Assembly: GCF_009914755.1 (NCBI RefSeq)
Contig: NC_060947.1
DNA from: the human T2T-CHM13v2.0 reference genome, Homo sapiens
Length of the DNA: 64,000 nt
Strand: one strand, 5' to 3'
Every line of letters starts with the position of its first letter. The stretch's first letter is position 1. The notes beneath the pieces were generated by a model. That model had not been told where the DNA came from. It did no database searches and worked only from the letters and a program-made list of their open reading frames with translations. A program made the position numbers and the translations under genes. Positions 20,601 to 34,173 of this stretch are shown in pieces.

Positions 20601-22480
20601 GATGCGGAGAACAGAAACAAGTTGGAAAACATACTTCACAATATCATCCAGAAGAAATTCCCCAACCTAGCAAGACAGGCCAACATTCAAATTCAGGAAA
20701 TCCAGAGAACCCCAGTAAGATGCTCCATGAGAAGATCAAACCCCAAGACACATAATCATCAGATTCTCCAAGGTCAAAATGAGAGAAAAAATGTAAAGGA
20801 CAGCCAGAGAGAAAGGCCAGGTCACCTACAAAGGGAAGCTCATCAGACTAACAGCAGGCCTCTCAGCAGAAACCCTACAAGCCAGAGATTGGGAGCCAGT
20901 ATTCAACGTTCTTAAAAAAAGAATTTCCAACCCAGAACATCTGGCCAAACTGAGCTTCATAAGCAAAAGAGAAATAAGATCCTTTTCAGAAAAACAAATG
21001 CTGAGGGAATTTATCACCACCAGGCCTCCCTTGCAAGAGCTCCTGAAGGAAGCACTAAATATGGAAAGGAAAAATCTTTGCCAGCCACTACTAAAACACA
21101 CTGAAATACAGAGACCAGTGACACTATGAAGCAACTATATCAATAAGTCTGCAAAATAACCAGCTAGCATCATGATGACAGGATCAAATTCACGCATAAC
21201 AATATTAACCTTAAATGTAAATTAGCTAAATGCCCCAATTAAAAGACACAGAATGGCAAGCTGGATAAAGAGTGAAGACCCATCAGTATGCTATCTTCAA
21301 GAGACCCATCTCATGTACAAAGACACATGTAGGCACGAAATAAAGGGATGGAGGAAAATTTACCAAGCAAATGGAAAGCAGAAAAAAGCAGGGGTCACAA
21401 TTATAGAGTCTGACAAAATAGATTTTAGACCAACAAAGATCAAAAAAGACAAAGGGCATTACATAATGGTAAAGAGTTCAATTCATCAAGAAGAGCTAAC
21501 TATTCTAAATATATATGCACCCAATACAGAAGCACCCAGATTCATAAAGCAAGTTCTTAGAGACCTATGAAGAGACTTAGACTCCCACACAATAATACTA
21601 GGAGACTTTATCACTCCACTGTCAATATTAGACAGATCATTAAGATGGAAAATTAAGAAAGATATACAGGACCTGAACCCTGCTCTGGATCAAGCAGACC
21701 TGACAGATATCTACTGAACTCTTCACCCAAAAACAATAGAATGTGCATCCCTTTCAATGCCACATGGCACTTACTCTAAAATTGATCACATAATTGTAAG
21801 TAAAACACTCCTCAGCAAATGCACAAGAGCTGAAATCGTAACAGTCTCTCAGACCACAGCACAAATTGGACCTCAAGATTAAGAAACTCACTCAAAATCA
21901 CACAACCACAAGGAAATTGAACAACCTGCTCCTGAATGACTTCTGAGTGAATAATGAAATTAAGGTGGAAATCAAGATGTTCTTTGAAACTAATGAGAAC
22001 AAAGAGGCAATGTGCCAGAATCCCTGGGACACAGCTAAAGCAGTGTTAAGAGGGATATTCACAGCATTAAATGCCCACATCAAAAAGCTAGAAAGATCTC
22101 AAATCAACAACCTAACATCACAACTAAAAGAACTAAAAGAACCCCAAAGCTAGCAGAAGACAAGAAATAACCAGCATCAGAGTAGAATTGAAGGAGACAG
22201 AGAAACAAAAAACCCTTCAAAAATCAACAAAACCAGGAGCTGGTTTTTTGAAAAAATTAATAAAATAGACTGCTAGCTAGACCAATAAAGAAGAAAAGAG
22301 AGAAGAATCAAATAGACACAATCAGAAATGGTAAGGGGGATATCACCACTGACCCCATAGAAATACAAACAACCATCGGAAAATGCTATAAACACCTCTG
22401 TGCAAATAAACTAGAAAATCTAGAAGAAATGGATAAATCCCTGGACACATACACCCTCCCAAGACTGAACCAGGAAGAAG
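17629..22480 (+). mobile_element. Older primate LINE-1 (L1PA8A-PA13-like): intact 5' end, 5'UTR, ORF1 and 5' ORF2; 3'-truncated; interrupted by an LTR
   Basis: Begins GGACAGGCCAAGATGGTCGATTAGAAGCAGC (YY1-type CAAGATGG). ORF1 fragments MRKNQCKNTENSKCQSASSPP and FPNLARQANIQIQEIQRTP; EN fragment WIKSEDPSVCYLQETHL. Stops at CCAAGACTGAACCAGGAAGAAG. Confidence 0.92.
19220..20245 (+). mobile_element. MER11-family (HERV-K11/HML-8) solo LTR, 6-bp TSD ATAATG
   Basis: Starts TGTTGTGGGAAGTCAGGGACTCCGAAC and ends GGGTTTCCCCGATA. ATAATG at 19214-19219 and 20246-20251. AATAAA at 20060-20065. No internal retroviral genes. Confidence 0.92.
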
Positions 22481-24829
22481 CCTAACCAGTGTGTCAGAGA
22501 TCTAGGGGAATTGGCTCCCCATGGCAGTACTCTGAATTAGTTCTGGGGATGTGCACATGGTCATGCCAAGTGTCTCTCCTCCAAGAGCTTCTGTTAGACT
22601 AGAGGTATAAATGATGCTGAATAAGGGCCCCTGGACTTAATACCAGATAAGGCATGGAGATACGTGGACAACCTGGGCATGTTACTTGTTCTTCCTGGGC
22701 CACAGTTTCTTTATGTTTGAAATGGGGATGGCAGCACCTGCTTTCTTAGTAACACTGTGAGGGTAAAATATACATATAAAAATGCCTTAGAAATGTAAAG
22801 ACCTGAGAGTTTTTGAGCAAACCAGAAAGTTATCGAGAACCTTTCCTTTTGTGCAATTCAGTATATTTTGGGGGGTAAATTTTAAACACCAAATAATCCT
22901 CAACAAACAAATGTACAAATAGTTCCTGAAATGAGGCAAATATACTCCTCCTGGAACATAAAACAATTCAAATTTCCAACAAATTTATCAAATATGTAAA
23001 TAAGTGTTGATAACTTGAAAAACAAAAAAGGAATAAAATCATGATACATCAACATGAATGAACCTTGAAAACATTATGCTAAGAAGCTAGACATAAAAGG
23101 ACAATTTTAAATAATTCCATTTATATATTTATATTAAGAGATAAATGTGTTTTCATATCCCAATTTTCTCCTCATCTATTCATAAAAGGCAAGCTGCCCA
23201 AAGGAAGCATGCAACACTGCAAGGAATGCAATTTAGTGTGGCTGGGCAACTTTGGCTGGAGGGGGTACAGAAGGGAGAAAGAAGATGGAAGACAGTCTAA
23301 GACTCAAGGCATCTTGCGACTCTGAGACTTCAGAGGTGAGGCCACCTATGAACTGGGTGGATGTTTGGGAAAACATGTAATTCAAGGCAGTTCTGAAACT
23401 CTGTGGGTTTTGTGTGGATTCCGAGGTAATCCTACAGTAGAAAGTCCAGCCAAATGGTGAGAATAAGCAAGAGTCTTGGAGAAAAATGAACAGAATGAAG
23501 GCAATGTCCTACCATAATGCATGCTCTTGCAAGGACAGACAGACACCATGATATCCTTAGGATCTCCTGAGGCAGTTTGTGTAAAAGGAGGCAACTTGCC
23601 ACCAAAGTGGGAAAGAAGTGGTTAAACAGCAACAGTAGGGCTCCTGCTTCCTGGAGCTGTTGGGTGACATTTCCCTGCAACAATCCTAGAATCTTAAAGT
23701 GTGGTGTCGGTTTCACTTCGGATTCCAAACGGGAAGGGACTTTTCCTGGCAAACGCAGTTTAAAGTGTTTCTTTCAGTGTCATGCTGTACAGAAAAATAC
23801 TAATCCCACAGAGAAAATTAGTCACAAAAACAGAAGGAAAAAAATACAACATGAGTGCAGACCCAGGACACTAAAGTCAGAGAGACAGAACCACAGCCTC
23901 GCACAACCATTGCTCACATTGTGTAAAGCATTACTGGAAGGAAACAAAGTCTTCAATAGAAACCTGCTGCACCACTCTTAGCAAACTCCTTTTGTTTGAC
24001 CTGGGGCCACTTTACCTGTGGATTGTTTTGTAGCAGATTTTCCAGGTAATGCTTAGATTTTTCATGCTCCCCCAGTTCATTGGATTGGGCTTCAGGGGTT
24101 CTTTCTGGTGTGTGTCTGATTCAGATTGTATTTTAGGAATACTTAGAATTGAGGAAGAATAGGATGCTAAGCTACTGAGTGCAAAGCCTCTTTACTAACT
24201 TCCAATAATATCTGAACTCATGTCTAAGGAACATAGAAGCATCTTTCAATTCCTAGTCTCATTTTCTCACCATTCAAATGTTCCTTAGGGAGAATAGAGA
24301 TCCTATGCAAGTCTCAGGAATTGCTCTAGAGAAAACTATCTTTCCCCAAGCTTGAGAAACTTATCCCAGACCAACTTTCTTTCCCCAAATTTTGTTTAAA
24401 TTAAAAATAGGCAACTAGAGGGGGTCAGCTAGTTGGTGTTCCATAGATGCTTTCCTTGAAGCAGGGTAAAGAGCTTTGATTTATTCTTAATTGTTTCTGT
24501 CATTTAAGGGTGCATCAGAGACCCTGTTGTAATATTAAATTATATCACTATTGAGGAGCCCATAAGGCTGGGGCCGGTACAAGGATCATCATGAAGTGCA
24601 GCTATTGAGAGCTACTGACAACTTCTTAGAGGTGTGGCTGAAAGCAGCTAGCAAGAATATAAGAGACAAAATCTTGTGTTGAGGGAAGTCACCTGTGAGA
24701 GCAGCAGGTAGATGTTGAGGCTTGGGAGACCTTATTGTTCTAAGATACCTGGCCTTGTCTTCCAAACAAAAAATCATCCTTGACATGCAGAAAGACTACT
24801 GATTTCTCAATAGATTTATAATGGAACAG

Positions 24830-25000
24830 ATATAATGATGTGACCTGGAGCAATTTCTTTAACCTCATACAGAATCAAATTCCCCATCTGCACATAAAAG
24901 TATTTACCTCATAGGTTTATTGTGAAGCTTAAGATAAAATATGTAATTTACCTTGCATAATGCTTGGCATATAGTAAGCACCGAATATACATTAGTTATT
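24830..25000 (+). mobile_element. MIR SINE
   Basis: TGTGACCTGGAGCAATTTCTTAACCTC...CCCCATCTG...ACCTCATAGGTTTATTGTGAAG...GGCATATAGTAAGCAC. Confidence 0.7.
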
Positions 25001-27012
25001 AATATTGTTATTTTCATGAGCAAACCTAGTAGTGATAAAAGCTCAGAAACACTGGGTAGGAGCTTGAGCTAGCTACAGAGAACTTGAATTGTAACCTGGC
25101 CTTCAGATTCCTCATCAGAAGGGTGGGACCAGGAATAAGAGCGAGCGTTACACTTGGCTCAAGTCCAAACTGCATGACTGCACAAACACTGTAACTGCTC
25201 TGTATTCAGACACATTTGAAAGGATTTTTCCAGCATAAATTTCTAAATGTGCTGCTTGTTTTGTAATTCAATCTAGGGCAGCAGCAGCAGTGCTATCATT
25301 ATTTACATTTCTAGCTTTTGGTCTTGGATCCAAAATATTTGTAGCAGTGTGAATTGGCTCATAAGAAAATTCTTCTCTTTTCTTCAAAAAAGTTTCATGT
25401 TACTTTCTTTTATACCTGTAAGCAAGTAAATATTAATAATCTTTTACATTGATTTGTTTCTGAGACATTTGGTCAGAAATAATTTGCAGAAATAAATTGA
25501 TTCAGACACTGTAGCTAATTTAACATTAATTTTTTCCTATTTCTTTGATTTTTAGAAATTATTCCAGTAGAGGAGAACCTCATCAGCAACATATTAACTT
25601 TCTGATATTGTTAATACAATTTTTTCATTTTAATGAACAAAAGGCAATACAAAGACCTTGTAAACAATTAGAAAATCATCTTGCCCTCAATTAAATTTTC
25701 TATTCTCCAAGATTTAAATTTTCAACAGTAACCTAAATAGCTGTTAACCCTCTATTCATGAGTGTAAAGGGGAGAAAACATTTTTGTTTATGTATATGTC
25801 AAGTCTTAAGATTGTTTCAATAGTGACCAGTTCCTTTTCAGTCTTTCCTTTACCTTGGTTGTGTTTGAGTCTTAAGTTCTCGGACATTAATAACTGCACA
25901 TTGGGTACTCAAATTCTGGAAGGACTAACCTGGCTGATCTATAATGGACAGCTGTGCATGACCCCAATAAATGAACTCCTGCATAATCTGCAACTAGTCT
26001 AGACTACAAGCAGTAAATAGTTGTTGAAGGATGAATGATGGAATGGTCAGGACTTTTCTATGTAAGAAGGCTACTGAGAGTGTTCACTCCACACATAAGG
26101 TTTCCAGGTACTATATGTTTCTATTTCTGTCTGTATTTCCATTTACTCTTTCTTTAAATCTTTTATTGTCTCCTCTTGGCTCCAAACTGTGGATCTGGGA
26201 CCACATGCGACTCCAAGTAAACTTTCAGCCCTCAAATGACCTCAGTATTACATCCTTCCTGAAGTATCGCAGAATTTTTCTCTAAATTAAAGGAGAATCA
26301 CAGGACGTCACACTTAATGACTGCTGATTCAAAATTAATTTTCCTTCCTTTGATGCCTAAATCTACTTCAGCACATAATTATAGAATTCTGCTTTGGAAG
26401 GGGCCCTAGAGCTTAATCTAATTTTCAACTAATTGCAGGATTCATTATTAGAGAACCAATGATAGTTTGTAAATCAGTCTTTGAGCATTTACCTGATAAA
26501 ACTATTCCATCAGTAGTTAGAAACTATTCCATTAGTACTTAGCTCTTAAAATGAGCTAAGACCCACCTCCTTAAAACTTCCTTTGAGCAAAGCTTCATGG
26601 CCCCACAAAAGAAAAGATTTTCCTATTTTCATTTAAAATATCATATTATTAAATTATCTCTAAATGGCAAATATAGCATATTTTAACAGGAAGTATTCCT
26701 AGTGGTTCTATCTCCATTAATCCATACTCCAAAATATTGCCCACTCTTTTAAGCTACCAGCCCTATGCAGTATCCCAAATATCAGTGCCAAAACCAGAAG
26801 TGCATTCTCCTATTACATTAATAATAATTTTACAGTATGGTGGCAGGAAATGCACTTTCAGTTCACTGGCTATAGCTATTAAACTATGAGGAAATGACTG
26901 CCTGGAAGGCAGCCAGGTCCTTGGCTTAAAGGCCAACTCTGAGGAAGACAAAGGTAATACAAGAAGGGAAACTATGCCACCTGACCAAAAACGTTATTGA
27001 GACACTCTAGAG

Positions 27013-27277
27013 CAGTGCTTCTCAACTCTTTGTGGTGAAGGAACTTTTTTTTTTTAATTTCCAATCGGCCATGGACTTTTGTAAAATACGAAATGATGCA
27101 CTTGGATAAAGCAGCAATGTGAAATGCTCTAAAAATGTCTAAATACTTACCATTTGTATACTTGATCAGTATAATTATATACTTATACGATTTATATACT
27201 TATTATACTTATCTCATAAGGGACTGGTAACAAACAGTTTTGGAACTGGTGTGTGGAACACATGCTGAATAGCACTG
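27013..27277. mobile_element. hAT-Charlie-type MITE
   Basis: CAGTGCTTCTCAA...GAATAGCACTG termini. 8-bp flanks CTCTAGAG / TTCCAGAG match 6 of 8 and fit the Charlie NTCTAGAN target. Confidence 0.65.
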
Positions 27278-28404
27278 TTCCAGAGAGGGAGAAAGGATGA
27301 GAATTACATTTGCCATCCTATTCTTTTAGTATGGTTCAAGTGACATGCTAGAAAGGAACTATTCCTGCTGCTGGTAAGTACCAGAGATGTGTGTATGTTA
27401 AACATAAGATTGGTGGCCCTGCTTAACAAGATAGTAAACACTTGGCTATAAAGATAGTATCGATGAAAACAATTGCCATTTATAAACCATGTTTAAAGTA
27501 GTTTAATGATGAAATCTTGGCTAATCATATGAATATGGGGAAAAGTATGTTTGCCCAGAAGTAGGTGGTATCAAAAAGCATTTTCTCACAGTTATGTAAT
27601 TACCAAGAATAGAGTTTAGGGAGTGACTCTACCAAGCAGGCAAAAGAGAGGACTTCCAAGAGAGTAATTTTGTCAGCAGAAACCTGGAATAACCCCAAGG
27701 TCAGAGGTAGTAAGGAGGGAAAGGGACTTGACAATAGGATGATAGATAGTATATTTCATTAAAGGAATGAGGAATAGTTACATGAATTCTTCCTCTATAA
27801 ATGATGTTTGCTCCAAGACGAAGACTTCTAAAGGAAGAATTCTGACACTGAAGGCTATCATATTGGGAATCAGGGCCAAAGAACAGGGCAATACCTCATG
27901 GAATGTCTGACTGCTACATGGAATCAGAAGACAAGCTAACCATCCACCATGAAGGGGAAATACTGGCTTTTCTCTCTTTCCACGTACAATAAACAAGAGA
28001 TAGGGCAATCAGATTCTGCATTAATTGCCAAGGGAACAAGGATTTTTCACATGTACAGAAAATATGAATTCCAGCTAAAAACATTTTCTAATCTAGGTCT
28101 TCATATGTAAATGTAAACAGGCAACCGAGAATCATCAAATTGAGTGAAAACCAAAAACATTAGATCCACCAGACTCAACCAACACAATAACTAATGGTTA
28201 AAGAAATAGTATGTGGAGAAAACAGAAGTGAACTATATGGATAAATAGGATTTAGAGAAAGATTTTTCACACTCAATCACACAATGCCCAATACATAATT
28301 AAATACCTTGGATCCATAAAATAAAAATAAGCTTTTACAAAAAAGGAAGTAACCAGAGTTCTTAGCTATAAGCAATATAATCCACTTGGGCTTTTCTAAA
28401 AGTA

Positions 28405-30400
28405 AACAAATACCTAATGAGTGGTAACTATGTGTTGGTTATTCTTTTAGGCACTGGGGATACAGCAGTGAGTAAAATAGACATTCCCTGTCCTTAAAGA
28501 GCTTATATTCCAGTCAGAGGCTAGAGATTATAAGGAAATAAACATATGATTGAGGTAGTGATGGCAGAGTAAGGGAGACAGCAAGTGACAGGGGTGTGTG
28601 TAAGTGTGTCTGTGTATGCATGTACGTATTATATAGATAGAGTGGGAAGAGAAGGCCTCTCTGATAAAGTAACATTTGAGCTAGGAATCAAAGGAAGTGA
28701 TGAGGTGAATCAAGAGCAAGAGAAAAATATTCTGAGCAAAAGGAACACAAAATAAAAAAAATTTGAGGTGGAAGTATCTGGGGGTTTTGACTAATAGCAA
28801 GGACACCAGTTTGGCTTCAGTGGGCTGTGTGAGAAAGAGTGATAGAAATTGAGGTGAGGGCAATAAGAATAGGCCAAATTATATAGGACCTTGTAGACTA
28901 TTGTATTTTGGCTTTCACTATGATTTTTGCCTGGGGAACTAGAATAACTAAGGTACTGTTTATTATAATGGAGAAAATTATAGGAGAATCAGTTAATTTT
29001 TGTTGGAGAATGAAGAGCTGAAGTTTTGGACATGTTAACTAGGAGATGTGTTTTAAATATTCAATTGGAGATTTTGAATACCCAGTGGGATACATTATTC
29101 TGGAGTTCAGAGGAGGGATCGAGTCTATAGATATTAATTTGAGAGTTATTTAAAGTCATGAGACTGCATGAGATCAGCTAAGGAATGAATGTAGATAAAC
29201 AATAGAAGAGGACCAAGGATTGAGTCTTACATTACTTCAGTATTTTGCAGTTGGGAATTAAAATATCACCAGAATACATATACACCATAGAATACTACAC
29301 AGTCATAAAAAAGAGTGAAATCATGTCCTTTGCAGCAACATGGATGCAGCTAGAAGCCATTATCCCAAGCAAACTAATGCAGGAACAGAAAACCAAATAC
29401 CACATGTTCTCACTTACAAGTGGGAGCTAAACATTGGGTACACATGAACATAAAGATGGCAACAATAGGCACTGGAGACTAGTGCGGGGGGAAGGGAAGA
29501 GTGTAAGGGTTGAAAAACTAACTGTTGGGTACTATGCTCACTACCTGGGTGACGGGATCAGTTGTACCCCAAACCTCAGCATCACGCAATATACTCATGT
29601 AACAAACCTGCACATATACCCTCTGAACCTAAAAGTTGAAATCATTTAAAAAAATGAATTTAAAAATATCACCAGAGGACATTGAGATGAAATAAATAGT
29701 GAGATAGGAAAAGTATAAAGAGGCTACCTGAAAGCCAAGTAAAGAAAGTGTTTCAAGAAGGAGAGAATAATCAACCATGTAAATGATACCAACAGGTTAA
29801 GTAAGATGAACACTGATAATTAACCTTTGAATTTAGCAATATGGAGATCATTGGTAATGTCAGCAAGGGTAGCTTGTAAAACAATGTCATCAGTTAAGAG
29901 TGAGAATGGAGTACTAGATTTTGGAGGTTTAAGGAGAGAGCAGATGGTATAAAATAGACGGCTGGTGGGTTATAAAAATGTCACAGCATTGCCAAGCAGC
30001 TCGAAAAGTCCACTTGAGGTTAATGGTCATGAATTTAAAGAGCCTAACATTAAATGAATACCAAACCAGTTAACATGGAAACAGAAAAGGTGGAAAGTTG
30101 GATTTAGGCATGTTTGGATTTTTTCAGAGGTGACTATGATGAATTGAAAGAAGGGAAAAGAAGTTAATGGTATATGCTTGGAAGTGTAATTGTAATGATG
30201 AACCATGAAATCTAAAGTCAGGTAAGAAGAGAAGTGAGAACATGTGTAGAGTGAATGGCAGTAAAAAGTAATAGGGGTCAATGAATTTGAGGTCCCAGTA
30301 GGTTCAAGAAAATGTTGGAATTGGGGCATTAGAAGGAGTGAGCAGAAAAGACAGGAAAAGATGGCTTGAAAAGGGGATGCTGAAATTGAGATTGTGTAAG
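28405..30400 (-). mobile_element. L2 LINE (fragmented), interrupted by an L1PB 3' end
   Basis: TTTAGGCACTGGGGATACAGCAGTGAG...CCCTGTCCTTAAAGAGCTTATATTCCAG; GGATACATTATTCTGGAGTTCAGAGGAG; GATGAACACTGA...GAATTTAGCAATATGGAGATCATTGG. Confidence 0.75.
29274..29662 (+). mobile_element. 5'-truncated L1PB-like 3' end with 14-bp TSD AAAATATCACCAGA
   Basis: ORF2 C-terminal YYTVIKKSEIMSFAATWMQLEAII and a 3'UTR. TSD at 29260-29273 and 29663-29676, preceded by TT (canonical TT|AAAA EN site). Confidence 0.9.
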
Positions 30401-31131
30401 TAGTATAGCTATTTATTAAAAGAAGGCTGGAAAACCAAGCTTGAGGTTCAGCTTCCAGAAATAATGTCCAGGACCATTGCCACAGCACTGCCCTGATAAG
30501 AAAAACTGTTGCTCCTACAATTAGATGCCAAGAAATTGGCTTTACTGCAGCAGCTACTGCTGCCAGCACTGATGCCACTACTTTATTAAGAACTTGACCC
30601 TGCAATCTCTGCCATCCCCCAAAGTCAAGTCCCTTTGCTACTACCTATTCCAACAATGGAAACCATACAGTTCTACCTTCTGCATGGCTTCAATTCTGAA
30701 TCAGTCTCATGTCAGGGCATCTTACTGGTAGAACATAAGTCATATTCCTACATTGTAGTTTCAACACAGACGTTTGAGTTGTGACTTCTACATTTAAGAG
30801 GTAAATATTATAATGTAAGAATTTTTTCCAAATATAGAAAGGCTATACATGATATGTTGGTCAGACACAAATATGACAAATGTTTACTATATAGATTTTT
30901 AAAATTAAAAATACAATTGCCAAAATATTTCCCCTTACTAAAGGGGTGACTAGTGGTATGTACACAACTGAAAACAGAATTACTTTGTTGAAGATTGGAC
31001 ATAGTGATTCTGCCAGGATGCAATATAAAAAAAGGAAATTGTATGAAAAAAGTAAGAGACATATAGATATTTATGAGAATCCCAATATCTGTTTAATGAG
31101 AGTTGGAAAGAAAAGGAAAGCAAGGGAAGGG

Positions 31132-31197
31132 AAATAAAATAAAATAAAATAAAATAAAATAAAATAAAATAAAATAAAATAAAATAAAATAAAATAA
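31132..31197. repeat. (AAAAT)n pentanucleotide microsatellite, ~13 units
   Basis: Directly visible perfect array. Confidence 0.97.
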
Positions 31198-31454
31198 AGG
31201 AAAGGAAAAGGAAAGGAGGGGATGAAGAAATCAAATAATGGACTAAAATTTCCTTAAATTGAAAAAGGACTTAAGTGTTCAGATTGAAAGAGCCCACCAA
31301 GTCTCAAGTAGCAACAATGGGAAGAATGACACATGTCTAGACAGATTCTGGTAAAAATTTTAAACTATAAAGTCAAAGTGAATATCCTCTTCCAGGCACC
31401 TTGGTGTAGCACATAAGCTACATATCCCTATGGGGTAGCTCTATTGGATCGCTA

Positions 31455-32205
31455 ACTCACCCCTTCACCAAAATTAACTCAAATGGATCAAAGAGCTATC
31501 AAAAAATATGAAATCATCAAAAGATAAGAAATACTAAAAAAAAAAGCACAAGGAGATAAGGCACAAAACCTAGATGCTATAATTCCATAATGGAAAACAT
31601 GATCGATGAGTTTGACTGCATAACAATTTAAAACATTTGCAAAGCATGGAGTATTATAAGTTAATTAAAAAGACCAATGGCAAAGTGATAAAAAAGTAAT
31701 GTTTATGCTATAGGTTTAATGTCTTGATATATATATATATAACTATTGATATTTAAATGTATCTATTAAGTTCTTACAGATCCATAATAAGAAAAAATAG
31801 AAAAAATGGACAAAGAACAAGAAAATACAGTTCTCAAAATGAGACATATAAATAGCCAATATTTATATTTAAAAGTATTGAATCTCACTCAAATTTTTTA
31901 AAACTCAAGATATCATTTTTTACTTCTCAGATAGAAAAAGGTTGAGAAATTTGATAATATACTTGGTTGGCAAGAGTGTGAGAAAATGAGCATTCTCCTA
32001 AACTCCTTACCAGTAAGCTTTTTGGAGAGCAATTTGGCAATATTAATCAACATTTCAAAACATGTATTTGTCCCAGCATTTTCTCTTTAGAAATTTGTGC
32101 TATAGATATATTAGCACAAATATCCAAAATACATGTAAAAGATATTTATTGCAGCATTTTTGTAATACCAAAAGTCTGAAAACAATCTAAATATTTATTA
32201 GTTAG
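31455..32205 (+). mobile_element. Old L1 (L1ME-type) 3' fragment
   Basis: AAAATTAACTCAAATGGATCAAAGA...; TTTTTGGAGAGCAATTTGGCAATAT; ATTTATTGCAGCATTTTTGTAATACCAAAAG. Confidence 0.65.
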
Positions 32206-32289
32206 AGACAGGTACTTCTGGCAAAGAGAAGAGTCAAATATAACAGGAGTCTGTTTGCATGAGGACTAAACAGTCTCCCAAATGTATTC

Positions 32290-34173
32290 TTTAAAAAACA
32301 GCTTTATTGAAACATAATTCACATGCAATAAGTCACCCATGTAATGTGCACAATTTAATAGTTTTTAGTATATTCTCAACGTTGTACAACTATCACCACT
32401 ATCTTATACCATAATGTTTTCATCAACCCAAAAAGAAACCCTGTACCCATTAGAAGTCACTCACAATTTCTCCTTTCCCTCAGTCCCTGAAACCACAAAT
32501 TGACTTTTCTTTGTGGATTTGCATTTTCTGGACATTTCACATAAATTGAATATTATAATATATGACCTTTTGTGTCTGGCTTCTTTCATTTATTGTGATG
32601 TTTTCAAGGTTCATTCATATTGTAGGATGTATCAGTGCTTCGTCCTTTTGTGTCTAGAAAATATTCCATTGTATGGATAGGTCACGTTTTGTTTAGCCTG
32701 TCCTACTGAACAATCTTTCAACAATTATTCTGAATAATCCTATTGAACATTCATGTACATGTTTTTGTATAGACACATGTTTTCAACTTTTTTGGTTATA
32801 TATCTAGGAATGGAATTACTAGATCATATGATAACTTCATGTTTAACATTTCAAGAAAATTCCAAACTGTCTTCCAAAGTGGCTGCACCACTCACAAAGT
32901 GCTGTGAGATTTACAATCTCACCAGCAGTGTATGAGGCTTCCAATTTCTTCACATCCTCACTACCACGTGTGATTGTCTGTTGTTTTGATTTTGGCCATT
33001 CTAGTGGGTATTAAGTTGTATCTAATTTTGTTTCTGCTTTGCATTCCCCTAATGACTGATGTTATTGAGCATGTTTTCATGCACATATTGGCCATTTGTG
33101 TGTCTTTGAAGAGATGTCTATTCAAATCCTTTGCGCATTTTTCCATTTGTTTCTTTGTTTTAGTTGTTGAGTTGAAGATCTTTATCTATTGTGGATACAA
33201 GTTCCTTATCAGATATATGACTGGTAAACATTTTCTCCTATTCTGTGGGTTGCATTTTCACATTATTGATTATATTTTTGGCAGGAAAAAAAGGTTTTGA
33301 TTTTGAAGAAACGTAATTTATCTATTTCTTCTTTTGTCACTTGTGCTTTTCTTGTTGCGTCTAGGAATACTATGCCTAATCCAAGGTCACAAATATTTAC
33401 TCCTATGTTTTATTCTAAGAGTTTTGTAGTTTTGGCTCATACATTTATGTCTATGATTTTGAGTTAATTTTTTGTACAGCATATGATTTGAAGTAGGAGT
33501 CCAACTTCATTCTTTTGCATGTGGCTATTCAGTTGTTGCAGCACCATTTGTTGAAGAGATTATTCTTTCTCCATTAAATTGTGCTGACTCCCTTGTAGAA
33601 AATCAATGGATCATAAACGTAAGGTTTTATTTCTGGACTCTCAATTATATTACATTTGACTATATGTATATCCTTATTCCAGTACTATACCATCTTGATT
33701 ACTGTAGTATTGTAGTAAGCTTTGAAGTCAGAAAGATTTAATACTTTTATTTTGTTCTTCCTTTTCAAGATTGTTTTGACTATTCTGTACCCCTTGCATT
33801 TCCATATGAATTTTAGGGTTCATTCATGAATTTTTGCAAAAAAATCTGGCTGGGACTTTGATAGGGATTATGTTTTCTGTAGATCACTTTGGAGAGTATT
33901 TCTATCTTAACAATATTAAATCTTTCAATCTACGAATATGGAGTGTCTTTCCATTTATATAGGTCTGCTTTAACTTCTTTCAACAATGTTCTGTGGTTTT
34001 CAGTGTATGTCTTGTATTTTTTTGTTAAATGTATTCTTATTTTATTCTTTTAGATGCTATTGTAAATGGAGTTGTTTTCTTAATTGCATTTTCAGGTTGT
34101 TCATTGCTAGTGTATAGATATACAACTTACTTTTGTATATTGATTAATCTTGTATATTGCCATGTAGCTGAAC
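32290..34173 (-). mobile_element. L1MB-type LINE-1 3' portion
   Basis: CAGCTTTATTGAAACATAATTCACATGC...; GGAATTACTAGATCATATGATAAC; CAGCACCATTTGTTGAAGAGATTATTCTTT. Confidence 0.85.

Noticed and set aside
23577-23981. 134-aa ORF in the non-repeat island
   Set aside because: Non-ATG start, no recognisable homology and no clear exon signals.
30027-30605. 192-aa hydrophobic minus-strand ORF
   Set aside because: Overlaps decayed L2 and other old repeat sequence, starts at TTG, and has no recognisable domain.
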